This document shows, piece after piece, positions 19,346 through 29,251 of a stretch of 61,103 nucleotides of DNA (its first letter is position 1; every line of letters begins with the position of its first letter). Under the pieces are notes generated by a model. That model searched no databases and had not been told where the DNA came from. It saw only the letters and a program-made list of their open reading frames with translations. This stretch comes from an uncultured Polyangiaceae bacterium (GTDB lineage Bacteria; Myxococcota_A; Polyangia; Polyangiales; Houyiibacteriaceae). The position numbers and the translations under genes were made by a program. The DNA lies in NCBI GenBank assembly GCA_964195565.1, contig CAXMRN010000228.1:1-61103 (forward strand). The letters are read 5' to 3'.

Positions 19346-20761
19346 AGAGTGCTTCTTTGTTTCGCGATCGTTGGCCTGCTGGTCGTGAGCCCTGGTGCGC
19401 GCGCCAAGGGACCCGAGCCGGTCGCGCAAACCATCGCGAACCTCGTGCGGCAGGCCGGACTTGGCAATGGGCTCGGGATTCATGTCGTTCGCTTGCACGA
19501 TGGTGTCGAACTGTACCGCAATCGGCCCGAGCGCCCCCGAAATCCGGCGTCCAACCAGAAGCTTCTCACCTCGGCGGCCGCTCTTTGGCGACTGGGTCCT
19601 ACGTTCCGCGCCGCCACGAAAGTCGAAGGCGCCATCGAGAACGGCCGCGTAGCCACGTTGGTGGTGCGACCTTCCGGGGATCCAACGTTCGGATACGCCG
19701 GGTTGGCCGCGTTGGGCGAGGCCGTGCATCTGCGCGGGGTGGATACCGTCGATCGGATCGTCATCGATGACAGCTACTTCGACGATCAGATCCTCCCGCC
19801 TGCGTTCGAACAACAACCGAGGGAGGCAGCAGCCTTCCGTTCCGCGATCTCGGCGTTTGCGGTGAACCGGAACAGCTACGTCGTCCACGTGGGTCCCGGG
19901 CCAAAGGTGGACGATCCCGGACGCGTCCGGGTGCTCGCGGGCGCCTACGTGCGAGTCGAGAACCGCACCGTAACGACCGCGGGAGGCGCGCCAACGCCTC
20001 GGATCGACCACAAGTTGACCGACGACGGGCACCTCGCCGTTCGCGTCGACGGAGCGATTCCGAAGCAGGTCCGAACGTTGTACTACCGGCGCCGGGTACC
20101 GGACCCGAAAGCCTATGCGGCGAGCTTGTTGGTCCGGGCGTTGAAGAAAGCTGGAGTCGAGGGCGCGCTAGCTGTGGAGTACGGGGTGGCGCCGGAACGG
20201 CAGCCGTTGATCGCCGACATGCCCTCCCCGCCACTGAGCTCGATGCTCTATTCCGTGGGCAAGTGGAGCGACAACTTCGCGGCTGAGATGTTGCTGAAGA
20301 TCATGGGGGCGCAGGTGCAGCAGCCTGGCAGCTCCGCGCAAGGGGTCATCGCGGTACGAGAAGAGCTGATGAAGAGGGGCGTCGATACGGAGGGCCTGGT
20401 GATGGTCAACGGTTCGGGCTTGTTCGACGGAAACCAGGTCGCGCCACGGCACGTGACGCAGACTTTGATCGCCGCATATCGTGATCCCGCGATCCGAGCA
20501 GAGTACGTCGCCCACCTGGCCGTCGGTGGCTCCGACGGGACCTTGAAGTCTCGCCTCGAAGATCTTCCGCGCCCCAGGATGGTCCGGGCGAAAACCGGAA
20601 CTCTCAGAGATGTGATCGCGCTGTCCGGCTATGTGCTCGGAGAGCCAGACCGCTCGGTGGCGTTTAGTTTCTTGGCAAACGGGATCGCCGGCAAGCAGGG
20701 AGACGCGAAGAAACTGGCCGACAACATCGTGAGAGCACTCGCCAACTACGCTGTCCCGTGA
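19337..20761 (+). CDS. dacB: D-alanyl-D-alanine carboxypeptidase/endopeptidase (PBP4, peptidase S13)
   Basis: PASNQK (SxxK), SDN and AKTGTL triad motifs, GDP, GSGL and a signal peptide. Confidence 0.92.
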   Translation: MAHRVLLCFAIVGLLVVSPGARAKGPEPVAQTIANLVRQAGLGNGLGIHVVRLHDGVELYRNRPERPRNPASNQKLLTSAAALWRLGPTFRAATKVEGAIENGRVATLVVRPSGDPTFGYAGLAALGEAVHLRGVDTVDRIVIDDSYFDDQILPPAFEQQPREAAAFRSAISAFAVNRNSYVVHVGPGPKVDDPGRVRVLAGAYVRVENRTVTTAGGAPTPRIDHKLTDDGHLAVRVDGAIPKQVRTLYYRRRVPDPKAYAASLLVRALKKAGVEGALAVEYGVAPERQPLIADMPSPPLSSMLYSVGKWSDNFAAEMLLKIMGAQVQQPGSSAQGVIAVREELMKRGVDTEGLVMVNGSGLFDGNQVAPRHVTQTLIAAYRDPAIRAEYVAHLAVGGSDGTLKSRLEDLPRPRMVRAKTGTLRDVIALSGYVLGEPDRSVAFSFLANGIAGKQGDAKKLADNIVRALANYAVP

Positions 20762-22884
20762 AGATGATGCGCCCCGTTCTTTTCCTTTTTGTCTTTGCTG
20801 CCCTGGCCCCCACGGGTTGCGCGGGGAGCCAGAAACCCTCACCGGAAGGCCGAACTCTCATGCCGCCGCCCGTCGCTCCGATCCAACCGCACTCCATGAC
20901 CCTGCACGGCGACACACGCGTCGATGACTATTTCTGGCTTCGCGACAAGGGGACACCCGCCGTGACCGCCTACCTCGAGGAGGAGAACGCGTACGCCGAG
21001 GAGCGCATGGCGCCGACCGTCGGGCTCCAAAAGACGCTGTACGACGAAATCCTCGGACGCATTCAAGAGACTGACCAGAGCGCGCCATATCGCAAAGGCG
21101 CCTTCGAGTACTACCATCGCACTCAGGAAGGGAAGCAGTACCGGACCTATTGCCGGCGCCAGCCTGGCAATACGGAAACCGAACAGGTGCTTCTCGACAT
21201 GAACGCGCTCGCCGAAGGGCGCCCGTTCCTCGGGCTGGGCGCCTACGAGGTGTCCCCGGACGGACGCTATCTCGCGTTCTCCCTCGATGACACCGGCTTC
21301 CGCGACTACACACTTCAGATCAAAGACCTTCGATCGGGCGAGCTGCTTCCCGCACGAATGGCAAAGGTGAAGTCGGCCGCCTGGGCAAGCGACAGTCGCA
21401 CGCTGTTCTACACCGTGGACGACGACACCAAGCGGCCGCACCAGGTTCGACGGCACGAGCTCGGCTCGGGGGGCGAAGACGCCCTCGTGTACCGGGAGGA
21501 CGACGAGCGCTTCCGAGTCGCGGTATGGCGCTCGCGTAGTGGCGAGTACGTTTTTCGAGGCGCGTTCAGCCACACGACGACCGAGATCGGATTCGTGTCG
21601 GCCGCCGAACCCGCGGGCGACTGGCGGGTCGTCGCGGAGCGCAAGCAAGACCACGAATACATGGTCGCCCACCGCGGCCGTGACTTCTTGATCCGCACCA
21701 ACGATCGCGGCCGCAACTTCCGACTGGTCCGGACTCCGGTCGTCAGCCCCGGCCCCGCTTCCTGGAAGGAACTGGTGGCGCACCGCGACGCGGTGATGCT
21801 CGAAAGCTTAGATGTGTTCGAGGATTTCCACGTGCTGCTCGAGCGCGAAAAGGGGCTTCCACATCTTCGGATCTCGGCCTTTGGTGATGGCAGTTCCCAT
21901 CGAGTGGTGCTCGACGAGCCTGTGTACGCGCTGTACCCGGGCAACAACGAGGAGTTCACCGCGGGCGTTTTTCGCTTCGGGTACGAGTCGCTGACGACGC
22001 CCGACTCCGTGTTCGACTACGACGTGGCGTCAAAGCGTCGAAGCCTGGTGAAGCAGGTCGAGGTCCTGGGCGGGTACGACCCGTCCGACTACCAATCGGA
22101 GCGCGTCTGGGCGACGGCCGAAGACGGCACCCGAGTTCCAATTTCGGTGGTCTACAAGAAAGGCACACCGAGGGACGGCTCCGCTCCGATGCTGCTCGTG
22201 GGCTACGGGTCGTATGGCTACCCGTACCCAACGGGGTTCTCCCATGCGCGCGTGAGCCTGCTGGATCGCGGCATGATCTACGCCATCGGTCACATTCGTG
22301 GCGGAGGCGAGCTTGGGAAGCCGTGGCACGACGAAGGCCGAATGCAGAACAAGATGAACACCTTCACGGATTTCATCACGGTTGCCGAACACTTGATCGC
22401 GAACGGATACACCTCGAGTGAGCGTCTTGCCATCCAAGGAGGCAGCGCCGGTGGCTTGCTGATGGGCGCGGTCACCAACATGCGGCCCGACCTGTTCGGC
22501 GCGGTCGTATCGCTCGTCCCCTTCGTCGACGTCCTCAACACCATGCTCGACGACAACCTCCCGCTCACGGTGGGCGAATACGAGGAATGGGGAAACCCAA
22601 ACGAACGCGACGCCTACTTTCGCATCAAGGCGTACTGCCCATACACCAACATCGCCCCGCGCCCGTACCCAAGGATGCTAGTCCGCACATCCCTCAACGA
22701 CAGCCAAGTGATGTACTGGGAGCCCGCAAAATACGTCGCCAAGCTCCGTGCCCTAAAAACCAACGACGCCCCCCTACTCTTCAAGATCAACCTAGAAGCC
22801 GGCCACGGCGGAGCCTCCGGCCGCTACGACTACCTCAAAGAAACCTCCCTAGACTACGCCTTCATCCTCACCCACCTCCCATAA
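20758..22884 (+). CDS. ptrB: Oligopeptidase B (S9A), probably a lipoprotein
   Basis: DDYFWLRD, GGSAGG nucleophile, YEEWGNP, DSQV and AGHGGASGR; N-terminal hydrophobic segment ending PTGC. Confidence 0.93.
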   Translation: MKMMRPVLFLFVFAALAPTGCAGSQKPSPEGRTLMPPPVAPIQPHSMTLHGDTRVDDYFWLRDKGTPAVTAYLEEENAYAEERMAPTVGLQKTLYDEILGRIQETDQSAPYRKGAFEYYHRTQEGKQYRTYCRRQPGNTETEQVLLDMNALAEGRPFLGLGAYEVSPDGRYLAFSLDDTGFRDYTLQIKDLRSGELLPARMAKVKSAAWASDSRTLFYTVDDDTKRPHQVRRHELGSGGEDALVYREDDERFRVAVWRSRSGEYVFRGAFSHTTTEIGFVSAAEPAGDWRVVAERKQDHEYMVAHRGRDFLIRTNDRGRNFRLVRTPVVSPGPASWKELVAHRDAVMLESLDVFEDFHVLLEREKGLPHLRISAFGDGSSHRVVLDEPVYALYPGNNEEFTAGVFRFGYESLTTPDSVFDYDVASKRRSLVKQVEVLGGYDPSDYQSERVWATAEDGTRVPISVVYKKGTPRDGSAPMLLVGYGSYGYPYPTGFSHARVSLLDRGMIYAIGHIRGGGELGKPWHDEGRMQNKMNTFTDFITVAEHLIANGYTSSERLAIQGGSAGGLLMGAVTNMRPDLFGAVVSLVPFVDVLNTMLDDNLPLTVGEYEEWGNPNERDAYFRIKAYCPYTNIAPRPYPRMLVRTSLNDSQVMYWEPAKYVAKLRALKTNDAPLLFKINLEAGHGGASGRYDYLKETSLDYAFILTHLP

Positions 22885-22915
22885 AAGGGGACAGTCCCCT
22901 TTTTCAAAGGGTTAA
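22883..22915. repeat. Palindromic repeat, copy 1 (left arm truncated)
   Basis: AAAAGGGGAC-A-GTCCCCTTTT followed by TCAAAGGGTTAA; the right arm matches copy 2 with 2 mismatches. Confidence 0.9.
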
Positions 22916-22939
22916 TTCTGGAGGAGTTCGCCGGGGCTT

Positions 22940-23656
22940 CTAGCGGCGGTTCCGCCGGGAGCGCGGGGCCGGAACCGAGTTGCCGGTCTTGCACGCCAAC
23001 CAATGCAGGATGTCCAAGGATGAAAGGAGGCCAACGACCTTGCCGCCAGTGTCGACGACGGGGAGCCGGTGGATGCCTTCGTACGCCATTAGCGCGGAGG
23101 CCTTCGATAGCGACTGCTCCTCGTGCAGCGTGAATGTCATCGGGGTCATGATGTCCCGTACCAGACCGTCGCGCGTCACCCCGTGGCGAAGCAGGTCGGT
23201 CCTGGAGACAACCCCCACCGGCGCGCCCTCGGCATCGACCACGGGCGCGCCGCTATACCCGCCCTCCAGCAGGCAACTCGCCAACGCCGGCAAGCTCACG
23301 TCTTCGGCAACGCACTGGACGTTGAGGCTCATGATTCGTGAGACCGGCGTGGAATCGGCACGCTGGTGCAGCTTCCGTAGCAACCCCTCGCGCTCACCCG
23401 CTGCGAGAAACCGTCGAAGAGACTGTCGCGGGGTGGGCGCGCTGCTCTCGTAACAATGCAGGAGGCCGCTTTGCTCTTCGCGGTCGAAGGAAAGCCCGAT
23501 GTACTCCTCGCAGTCGACGCATTCGTTGACCCGCACGGTGCGCATCCGCCGAGGACAGTAGACGGTCGAATACGAGGAGGTCGTCCCATCCGCCGCCAGA
23601 GTCTGGCGAACGCGAATCTCGAGCTCGTAGTAAGGGGCCCTCGCAACCATCGGCAT
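22940..23656 (-). CDS. CBS-pair protein with Cys-rich N-terminal domain
   Basis: Tandem CBS domains (SGAPVVDAEGAPVGVVSRTDL; HRLPVVDTGGKVVGLLSSLDI) and YCPRR...CVDC...HC. Start uncertain (23698, 23656 or 23650). Confidence 0.85.
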   Translation of the reverse strand: MPMVARAPYYELEIRVRQTLAADGTTSSYSTVYCPRRMRTVRVNECVDCEEYIGLSFDREEQSGLLHCYESSAPTPRQSLRRFLAAGEREGLLRKLHQRADSTPVSRIMSLNVQCVAEDVSLPALASCLLEGGYSGAPVVDAEGAPVGVVSRTDLLRHGVTRDGLVRDIMTPMTFTLHEEQSLSKASALMAYEGIHRLPVVDTGGKVVGLLSSLDILHWLACKTGNSVPAPRSRRNRR

Positions 23657-23716
23657 CCCTGTGGAGAGAGTATGCTGAACGAGATTCGGTATCAACATCG
23701 GCCCCGGCGCCGCGAC

Positions 23717-23761
23717 TTAACCCTTCCAAAAAGGGGACTGTCCCCTTTTTGGAAGGGTTAA
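23717..23761. repeat. Perfect 45-bp palindrome, copy 2 (REP/MITE-like)
   Basis: TTAACCCTTCCAAAAAGGGGAC-T-GTCCCCTTTTTGGAAGGGTTAA, with 22-bp perfect arms. Confidence 0.95.
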
Positions 23762-23766
23762 ATTGG

Positions 23767-23797
23767 AAACGCCGGTGAGGGGGGCTCACCGGCGTTT
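23767..23797 (-). terminator. Hairpin terminator after the sigma factor gene
   Basis: AAACGCCGGTGAG-N5-CTCACCGGCGTTT, a 13-bp stem 17 nt after the stop; U-tract is short. Confidence 0.7.
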
Positions 23798-23814
23798 GGG
23801 GGTGTGGGTTGGGG

Positions 23815-25224
23815 TTACTCTTTGATTTGGCGACGAATCTTGCCAAGGGCTTGTTCTTGGAGTTGGCGGATTCGTTCGCGCGATAGGTTGTACTTGTCGC
23901 CGATTTCCTTGAGGGTGAGCTCGTCCTCGTCGTCGAGGCCGAAGCGCCATCGGAGGATGCGGGCCTCCATCGGGGTCAGCGTGTCGAGGAGCCTGCGCAC
24001 CTCGTCGCTCCACTTGCGGGAGACGAGCTGCTCGTAGGGGGTCGGCACGTTTTCCTCTTCGAGGAAGTCGATGAACTTGCGGCCGTCCTCATCGTTGACC
24101 GGACGGTCGAGAGAGAACGGGGTTTCGGCCCAGTAGCCCTTGATCTTCTCGAGCTTCTCGGCGGCGATGCCGGTCTCCTTCTCGAGCTCTTCGGGCGTCG
24201 GCTCCATGCCGGTCCGAGTCGCGATGGCCTGCGTTGCGCGCGCCACCCGGTTGTACGTGTCGAGCATGTGAACCGGGATACGAACCGCGCGGCCCTTGTC
24301 GGCAAGAGCTCGGCTGATCGCGTGGCGAATCCACCACGAAGCGTAGGTGCTGAAGCGGTAACCACGGTTGTGGTCGAATCGCTCGACGGCCTTCATGAGA
24401 CCGATGTTGCCCTCTTGGATGAGGTCGATGAGTGGCAGCCGGCCGCGGTTGTAACGGCGGGCAATCGACACCACGAGACGCAGGTTGGCGGCGACGAATC
24501 GGTTCTTCGCTCGCTGCTGCCCATCTTGCGCGCCGCGCACGTGTTGCAGGTACTTCTTGAACGTGGGGGTCACGCGGACGTGATCACCGACGATGTCGCG
24601 CTCGTCCGCGAAGTCACCGGCGAGGCGGTGCACCGCGCGGTCCGACTCCTGGACGAAGAGACGGTCGCTGTCGAGCTCGCGCATCTTGGTCGAGAGCTGG
24701 AGACAAAGGTCATTCCAACGCGTCTCCTGTCGCTTGCCGAGCTTCTCGGCCTTCGCGCTCTTACAGAGCTTGCGAAGCGAAGCGATTTCCGGAAGCGGTT
24801 CTTCCTTGACGCGCGCCTCGATGACGGCGGCCACGCTCTCGAAGCACGAGGGGTAGCTGAGCAGAGCCTCCCAGTAGGCGATTTCGAGCCGCTCGACTTG
24901 CTTAGCGGCCTCGATCTCTTCCTGGGGGGTGAGCACGCGATGACCGATCATCTCTCGGAAGTACCGAGTGAGGGTCGAATCTCCGGCGCCTTGCCGCTCG
25001 AACTCCTTGAGAGCCTTTTCGCTCTCGACGCGAGCCTTTTCGAGCTGCTCCTTGCTGGGCTCGACCGAGGGGGCGGCCGGAGCCACGCCTGCCTTGGCCT
25101 CGGTGGGCTTTTGAACCTCGGCCTCAGCCTTCGGCTCCGTTTGCTTGGATGCCTTGGCCCGAACCTGGCTCTTCTTCCCAGACCGTCCTGTCGCCGCTGT
25201 TCTTGTTACTGCCTGTCTTGCCAT
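23815..25224 (-). CDS. RpoD-like (group 2-type) sigma70 factor
   Basis: Region 1.2 ([11 protein letters not shown]...LTPQEE), [41 protein letters not shown] and TLKEIG...SRERIRQ. No acidic region 1.1. Start MARQ with GAGG SD. Confidence 0.93.
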   Translation of the reverse strand: MARQAVTRTAATGRSGKKSQVRAKASKQTEPKAEAEVQKPTEAKAGVAPAAPSVEPSKEQLEKARVESEKALKEFERQGAGDSTLTRYFREMIGHRVLTPQEEIEAAKQVERLEIAYWEALLSYPSCFESVAAVIEARVKEEPLPEIASLRKLCKSAKAEKLGKRQETRWNDLCLQLSTKMRELDSDRLFVQESDRAVHRLAGDFADERDIVGDHVRVTPTFKKYLQHVRGAQDGQQRAKNRFVAANLRLVVSIARRYNRGRLPLIDLIQEGNIGLMKAVERFDHNRGYRFSTYASWWIRHAISRALADKGRAVRIPVHMLDTYNRVARATQAIATRTGMEPTPEELEKETGIAAEKLEKIKGYWAETPFSLDRPVNDEDGRKFIDFLEEENVPTPYEQLVSRKWSDEVRRLLDTLTPMEARILRWRFGLDDEDELTLKEIGDKYNLSRERIRQLQEQALGKIRRQIKE

Positions 25225-25422
25225 TTTGCCTCTCGCCTTCCGGTGGCGCCCCGCGATGTGTGGCACCCCGATTACTGGCTGAACACTCGAAACCGCCCGA
25301 CTCTTCCACCGGGCATGAACCAATCGTCGTGGCCCAACAGAGATGCACGCACCGTGCCGGAATGTGGTCCGCTGCGGAATCGCGCTCTCGAACCAGATGG
25401 CTTTGTCGTTGTGGTAACAAGG

Positions 25423-25452
25423 AGTATATGGGTCCTCGATTGATCTTGGGAA
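25423..25452 (-). promoter_or_regulatory. Possible promoter of the sigma gene, TTCCCA-N18-TATACT
   Basis: The -10 matches 5/6 and the -35 4/6; would imply a 5'UTR of about 190 nt. Confidence 0.4.
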
Positions 25453-25464
25453 GGGGTATTCGGA

Positions 25465-27186
25465 GTGTTTCTGCGGGCGAATTCCAGTGACAATCCCGCT
25501 CGTCGCGAGCTACTGGAATCCGTACGAGGACGCCTCCCCCTTGCCGTCAAGACTTTGTGCGTCACCCTACTTTCCGCCGCGGCCACGGCCGGCTACGCAT
25601 GGGTCGTCGGGCCGCTGGTGCACGCTTTGGAAGGCAATTCGGGTTCCGAAGTCACATCAGGGGCACTCCAGGTCCCCGGTCTCTCCGTTGCGCAGATCGT
25701 CTGGCTGCTCGTCGCACTGGGCCTTCTCAGAGCGGTTTCAGAGACTGTTCGAGCCAATTTGAGCGCCAAGCTCCAGCTCGGTGTGGTGCGGGAATTCCGG
25801 GGCAAAGTGCTCGCGCATGTCCTTCGCCTCGAGCCGACGACCCTCCTTCGCTGGCCCAGTGGCGAGCTGGCGTCCCGCATTCAAGTCGAGGTGCATGGGG
25901 TTCGGACCTTGCTCCATTTGGGTGTATCCCAGGGCATTCGGAGCATAGTGGTGGCTACAGCTCTAGCCAGTGTGGCTCTAGGGGTGGACACTGCACTAGC
26001 CATCCCAGGCCTCTTGGTGGTGCCCCTGGCGGTCGCTGCCGTCGTCTTCCTGGCCCGTCCGGCGAGGAGGCTTCAGCGTGAACTCTTCGCCGCCGAGTCA
26101 TCGGTTGTCTCCGATACGGCCGAGGCCATCGACGGGGCCGCCGTCCTCCGGGCGTACGGGGCCGTGAGATCGATACAGAGCAAAATCGGCCTTCGAGCTG
26201 GCCATTCGGAAGGGCGCGGGATCGCGGCGGAGACGTGGAGCACCGCTGCCGGGCCTCTCGTCGAGCTGGCTGGGGCTCTCAGTATCGCGATGGTATTCGC
26301 GCTCGCTTGGTCGCAGCGAGGTCCGGTGGACCTCGCTGCGACAGGCACGGTGCTGGTCGCTCTCGTGCTGATGTATCGGCCCCTGCACGGTCTTGCCCAG
26401 GCGGTGTTCGGTTGGTGGTCCGGCCTGGCTTCGCTCGATCGCTTGGATGAGCTTCTCCGGCTGCCCATCGAACCCCTCGCCACTGCCGAGCAGCCGGTGC
26501 GCCCCATCGCATCCCTTGGCCTCGAGGACCTTTGCTTTGGCTACGACGACCAGCCGGTGTTGACCCATGTGACCGCGTCCTTTCGTTCCGGGGAGCTGGT
26601 CGTGATCAGCGGCCGGAGCGGCGCGGGCAAGTCGACACTGCTCGGCCTGATCGCAGGCGTTCTCCCGCCCGACAGCGGCCAGGTGGTGATCGACGAGGGC
26701 CCTACCCCGCGCGCCGTGCTCGCCGGAGCGACCGCATGGATGCCGCAGGCCCCAGTGCTCTTCCGCGACACAGTTCTGCGCAACGTGGCGATCGGCGCGG
26801 CGCATCCCGACCGGGCGCGTGTGATCGAGGTGTGCCGTCGGGTCGACGCGCACGAGTTCATCGCCGAGCGGCGCGGGGGCTACGACGCGGTGCTTCAAGA
26901 AGGCGGGAGCGACCTCTCGGTGGGTCAGCGACAAAGGATCATGTTGGCGCGCGCCCTCTACCGCGCAGCGCCTGTGATGCTTCTTGATGAGCCGAGTTCC
27001 GCGCTCGGCGACGAGCAGGAGCGCAACGTGATTCACGTGTGTCGTGAGTATGTCGAGCGCGGCGGTTTGGTTGTCGTCGCGACGCACCGCGAGGATTTCC
27101 TGCGCCACGCGGACCGCGTGTTAGAGCTGCGAGACGGAACGGTGACCGAGTGGGAACGACGAACTTCAGACGCGCTACTGCACTAA
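25465..27186 (+). CDS. ABC exporter, fused permease/ATPase (MsbA-like)
   Basis: TM domain, [22 protein letters not shown] and ATHR; start uncertain. Confidence 0.9.
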   Translation: MFLRANSSDNPARRELLESVRGRLPLAVKTLCVTLLSAAATAGYAWVVGPLVHALEGNSGSEVTSGALQVPGLSVAQIVWLLVALGLLRAVSETVRANLSAKLQLGVVREFRGKVLAHVLRLEPTTLLRWPSGELASRIQVEVHGVRTLLHLGVSQGIRSIVVATALASVALGVDTALAIPGLLVVPLAVAAVVFLARPARRLQRELFAAESSVVSDTAEAIDGAAVLRAYGAVRSIQSKIGLRAGHSEGRGIAAETWSTAAGPLVELAGALSIAMVFALAWSQRGPVDLAATGTVLVALVLMYRPLHGLAQAVFGWWSGLASLDRLDELLRLPIEPLATAEQPVRPIASLGLEDLCFGYDDQPVLTHVTASFRSGELVVISGRSGAGKSTLLGLIAGVLPPDSGQVVIDEGPTPRAVLAGATAWMPQAPVLFRDTVLRNVAIGAAHPDRARVIEVCRRVDAHEFIAERRGGYDAVLQEGGSDLSVGQRQRIMLARALYRAAPVMLLDEPSSALGDEQERNVIHVCREYVERGGLVVVATHREDFLRHADRVLELRDGTVTEWERRTSDALLH

Positions 27187-28598
27187 CTGCCCTCGTGGTG
27201 CTGACCGCTTGGAGCGGGCAGGCGCTGGCCAATCCGGACCCCGTCGCCATTGCGAACGCAGTCCGAGCCCTCGAGGGAGACCACGACCAGGCTGTCGCTG
27301 CGGTCTACGTGCTGCAGGCTGGCGGCGAGAGATCAGCCCGACAGATCCGGGACGCCTGGCCCTCAATGTCGTCGCTCGGGCAGAAGCGAGCGCTCGTCGC
27401 CCTTGCTCAACTCGCGAAGGAGCACGGTGCGGCCGTCGACGTTCTGATTGAGGCGGCGCGGTCCGACGATGAGGAGATCCGCAACCGCGCGTTGCTGATC
27501 TTGAGGCGGACCACTCCCCGCGGAAGGGATGGGTTGGTCGCGCTGCTCGGCGATCCGATCGTCGGCGACCGGGCCGCCGCGTCGTTGGCGCGGTCGGACC
27601 CTGACTTTGCGATCGAACCAATGCTGCAAGCGATAGCGAGTCCGGGAGGTGAGGGTCGTCCTGGGCTCCGGAGCGCGCTTGGCATTGCGGTGCAGCACGC
27701 CCGCGGCAGCGTGAAGGAGCGCCTTCGCGCGTGGGTCGCTGGCAGTCCTCCGGCTGGCGCGGCTGCAAGCGTCGCGCTCGGCCTGGCCTTGCTCGACGAG
27801 CACCGCGAAGATGTCGCGGCGCTCATCGAGTATGCGGTCGTCGGGTCGCCCGACTTCGCGACGAAGTGGCGGCTCCTTCAAAGCGCCGGCGCTGCGGGCT
27901 CGAGCGACGAGGTGGACCGGTGGGTGCGGTCCCAGCTGGCCGGCCCAGAGGAATGGATGATTCGTCAGTCCGCGGTCGACGCGATCACCGCGCGCGGGCA
28001 TCGCGAGGACGCTCGCGCTTCGTTGACCGACCCCTACCCGCGTGTCCGCTCGCGCGCCGCTACCGCGCTATCTGGGGATTCGGAGACGCTGGTGCAACGA
28101 GCAACGCTCGCCCGGCGAGACACCTGGCCCATGGTGCGCGCCGAAGCGGTGATCAGTCTTCGGACCGAGGGCGATGCGATTCCGGTGCTCGTCGCATCGG
28201 TCGACGATTCGATGTCCGTGGTTCGGTCGGCCGCGATCGAGGTTCTTGCCGCCTCCTCGCACGACCAGGGCTGGGAGCGCATCCACCGGAGGCTCCGAGC
28301 CCGAAACGAGTGGCCGCAGGTGACCGCCGCCGCCATTGGTTACGTGGTCGCCCACTGTCGGACCGATTCCGTCGACGCCCTGCTCCACATCGTGATGCGC
28401 GCCGCTCCCAGCAACGCGCCCACCGAAGACCTCAACAACGCAGCCCGCGCCATCGAGGCCCTGCGGGCGCTCGGGACGTCCGACGCCCAGGCGGCCGTGG
28501 AACAGCTCCGATCCACCGATGGGGTTCCGCCCACGCTGAAAATGGCCCTCGAACAGCCCCTACCCGAGGAGGGGGGATGCTCCTCTTTCGGCCGCTAG
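27150..28598 (+). CDS. Exported HEAT-repeat protein
   Basis: Signal peptide (ALA|NP) and repeated D-x-x-x-x-VR-x-x-A HEAT units. Confidence 0.8.
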   Translation: MGTTNFRRATALTALVVLTAWSGQALANPDPVAIANAVRALEGDHDQAVAAVYVLQAGGERSARQIRDAWPSMSSLGQKRALVALAQLAKEHGAAVDVLIEAARSDDEEIRNRALLILRRTTPRGRDGLVALLGDPIVGDRAAASLARSDPDFAIEPMLQAIASPGGEGRPGLRSALGIAVQHARGSVKERLRAWVAGSPPAGAAASVALGLALLDEHREDVAALIEYAVVGSPDFATKWRLLQSAGAAGSSDEVDRWVRSQLAGPEEWMIRQSAVDAITARGHREDARASLTDPYPRVRSRAATALSGDSETLVQRATLARRDTWPMVRAEAVISLRTEGDAIPVLVASVDDSMSVVRSAAIEVLAASSHDQGWERIHRRLRARNEWPQVTAAAIGYVVAHCRTDSVDALLHIVMRAAPSNAPTEDLNNAARAIEALRALGTSDAQAAVEQLRSTDGVPPTLKMALEQPLPEEGGCSSFGR

Positions 28599-28648
28599 AT
28601 TGTCCCTCGCGAATCCGCCGTGTTACTTTGTTTGGGACAGGGGGAAGC

Positions 28649-29251
28649 ATGGGAGTTCGTCTAATTGGCCTAGTGTTGGCTGGGGTGCTGTTGAGCGCCG
28701 GTTGTGAACAGATTACGTCCGCTTCAGAGCCTGAGGCTGAGGCCGAACAACTGCCGGAAATCGTCCCGAACCTCCCCGAGGTTCCGACGCTGCCGCCGCC
28801 ACCGTTTCCAACGACCTACGAGGATGAGTCGTACAGCGTGTATGGCGTTCGTCTGCGGCCGACCAATGTGCTCGACACGGACCTTTCGGTGACGGGCTAC
28901 ATCATGGACATCTACGAGCCTCCGGTCTGCAAGAAGCGGAAGAAAGAGGAGTGCCCCAAGGTTGCTGCGCCGCACATGTTCATCGCGGACACCGCGGACC
29001 AGACCGAGCGGGCCCAACAATTGCTCGTCGTAGGTTACGCCGACAACCAGGAGCAACTCGCCCGTGCGCGCCGTGGCCGCAGGACGACGACCATTGCTGG
29101 AGCCGTCGTGGTCCCGAGGGACCTCAAAGTTGGCAACAAGGTGCGCGTGAAGGGTCACTTCACGCTGATGTCGTCCGGCGGGTTCAACACGAGCAATGGG
29201 CTACTCGAGTACGCATCGCACGACACACTGGCCAAGGCCGAAGCGAAGTAG
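28649..29251 (+). CDS. Lipoprotein with a possible OB-fold-like domain
   Basis: ATG at 28649 with GGGGGA SD; lipobox LSAGC; Pro-rich linker; CKKRKKEEC. Confidence 0.8.
   Translation: MGVRLIGLVLAGVLLSAGCEQITSASEPEAEAEQLPEIVPNLPEVPTLPPPPFPTTYEDESYSVYGVRLRPTNVLDTDLSVTGYIMDIYEPPVCKKRKKEECPKVAAPHMFIADTADQTERAQQLLVVGYADNQEQLARARRGRRTTTIAGAVVVPRDLKVGNKVRVKGHFTLMSSGGFNTSNGLLEYASHDTLAKAEAK

Noticed and set aside
19346-20032. N-terminal 230 aa of the 738-aa ORF
   Set aside because: It is antisense to dacB; the SBP signal peptide begins near 19345.
22883-23761. CRISPR array or complete IS element
   Set aside because: Only two copies about 800 nt apart, with no spacers, cas genes or transposase.
25261-25276. 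TGGCACCCCGATTACT as a sigma54 promoter
   Set aside because: The -12 element is TTAC rather than TTGC, and it lies far from a clear start.
27731-28648. N-terminal part of the 506-aa ORF
   Set aside because: It is an Arg-rich off-frame read of the HEAT gene; the real lipoprotein starts at 28649.
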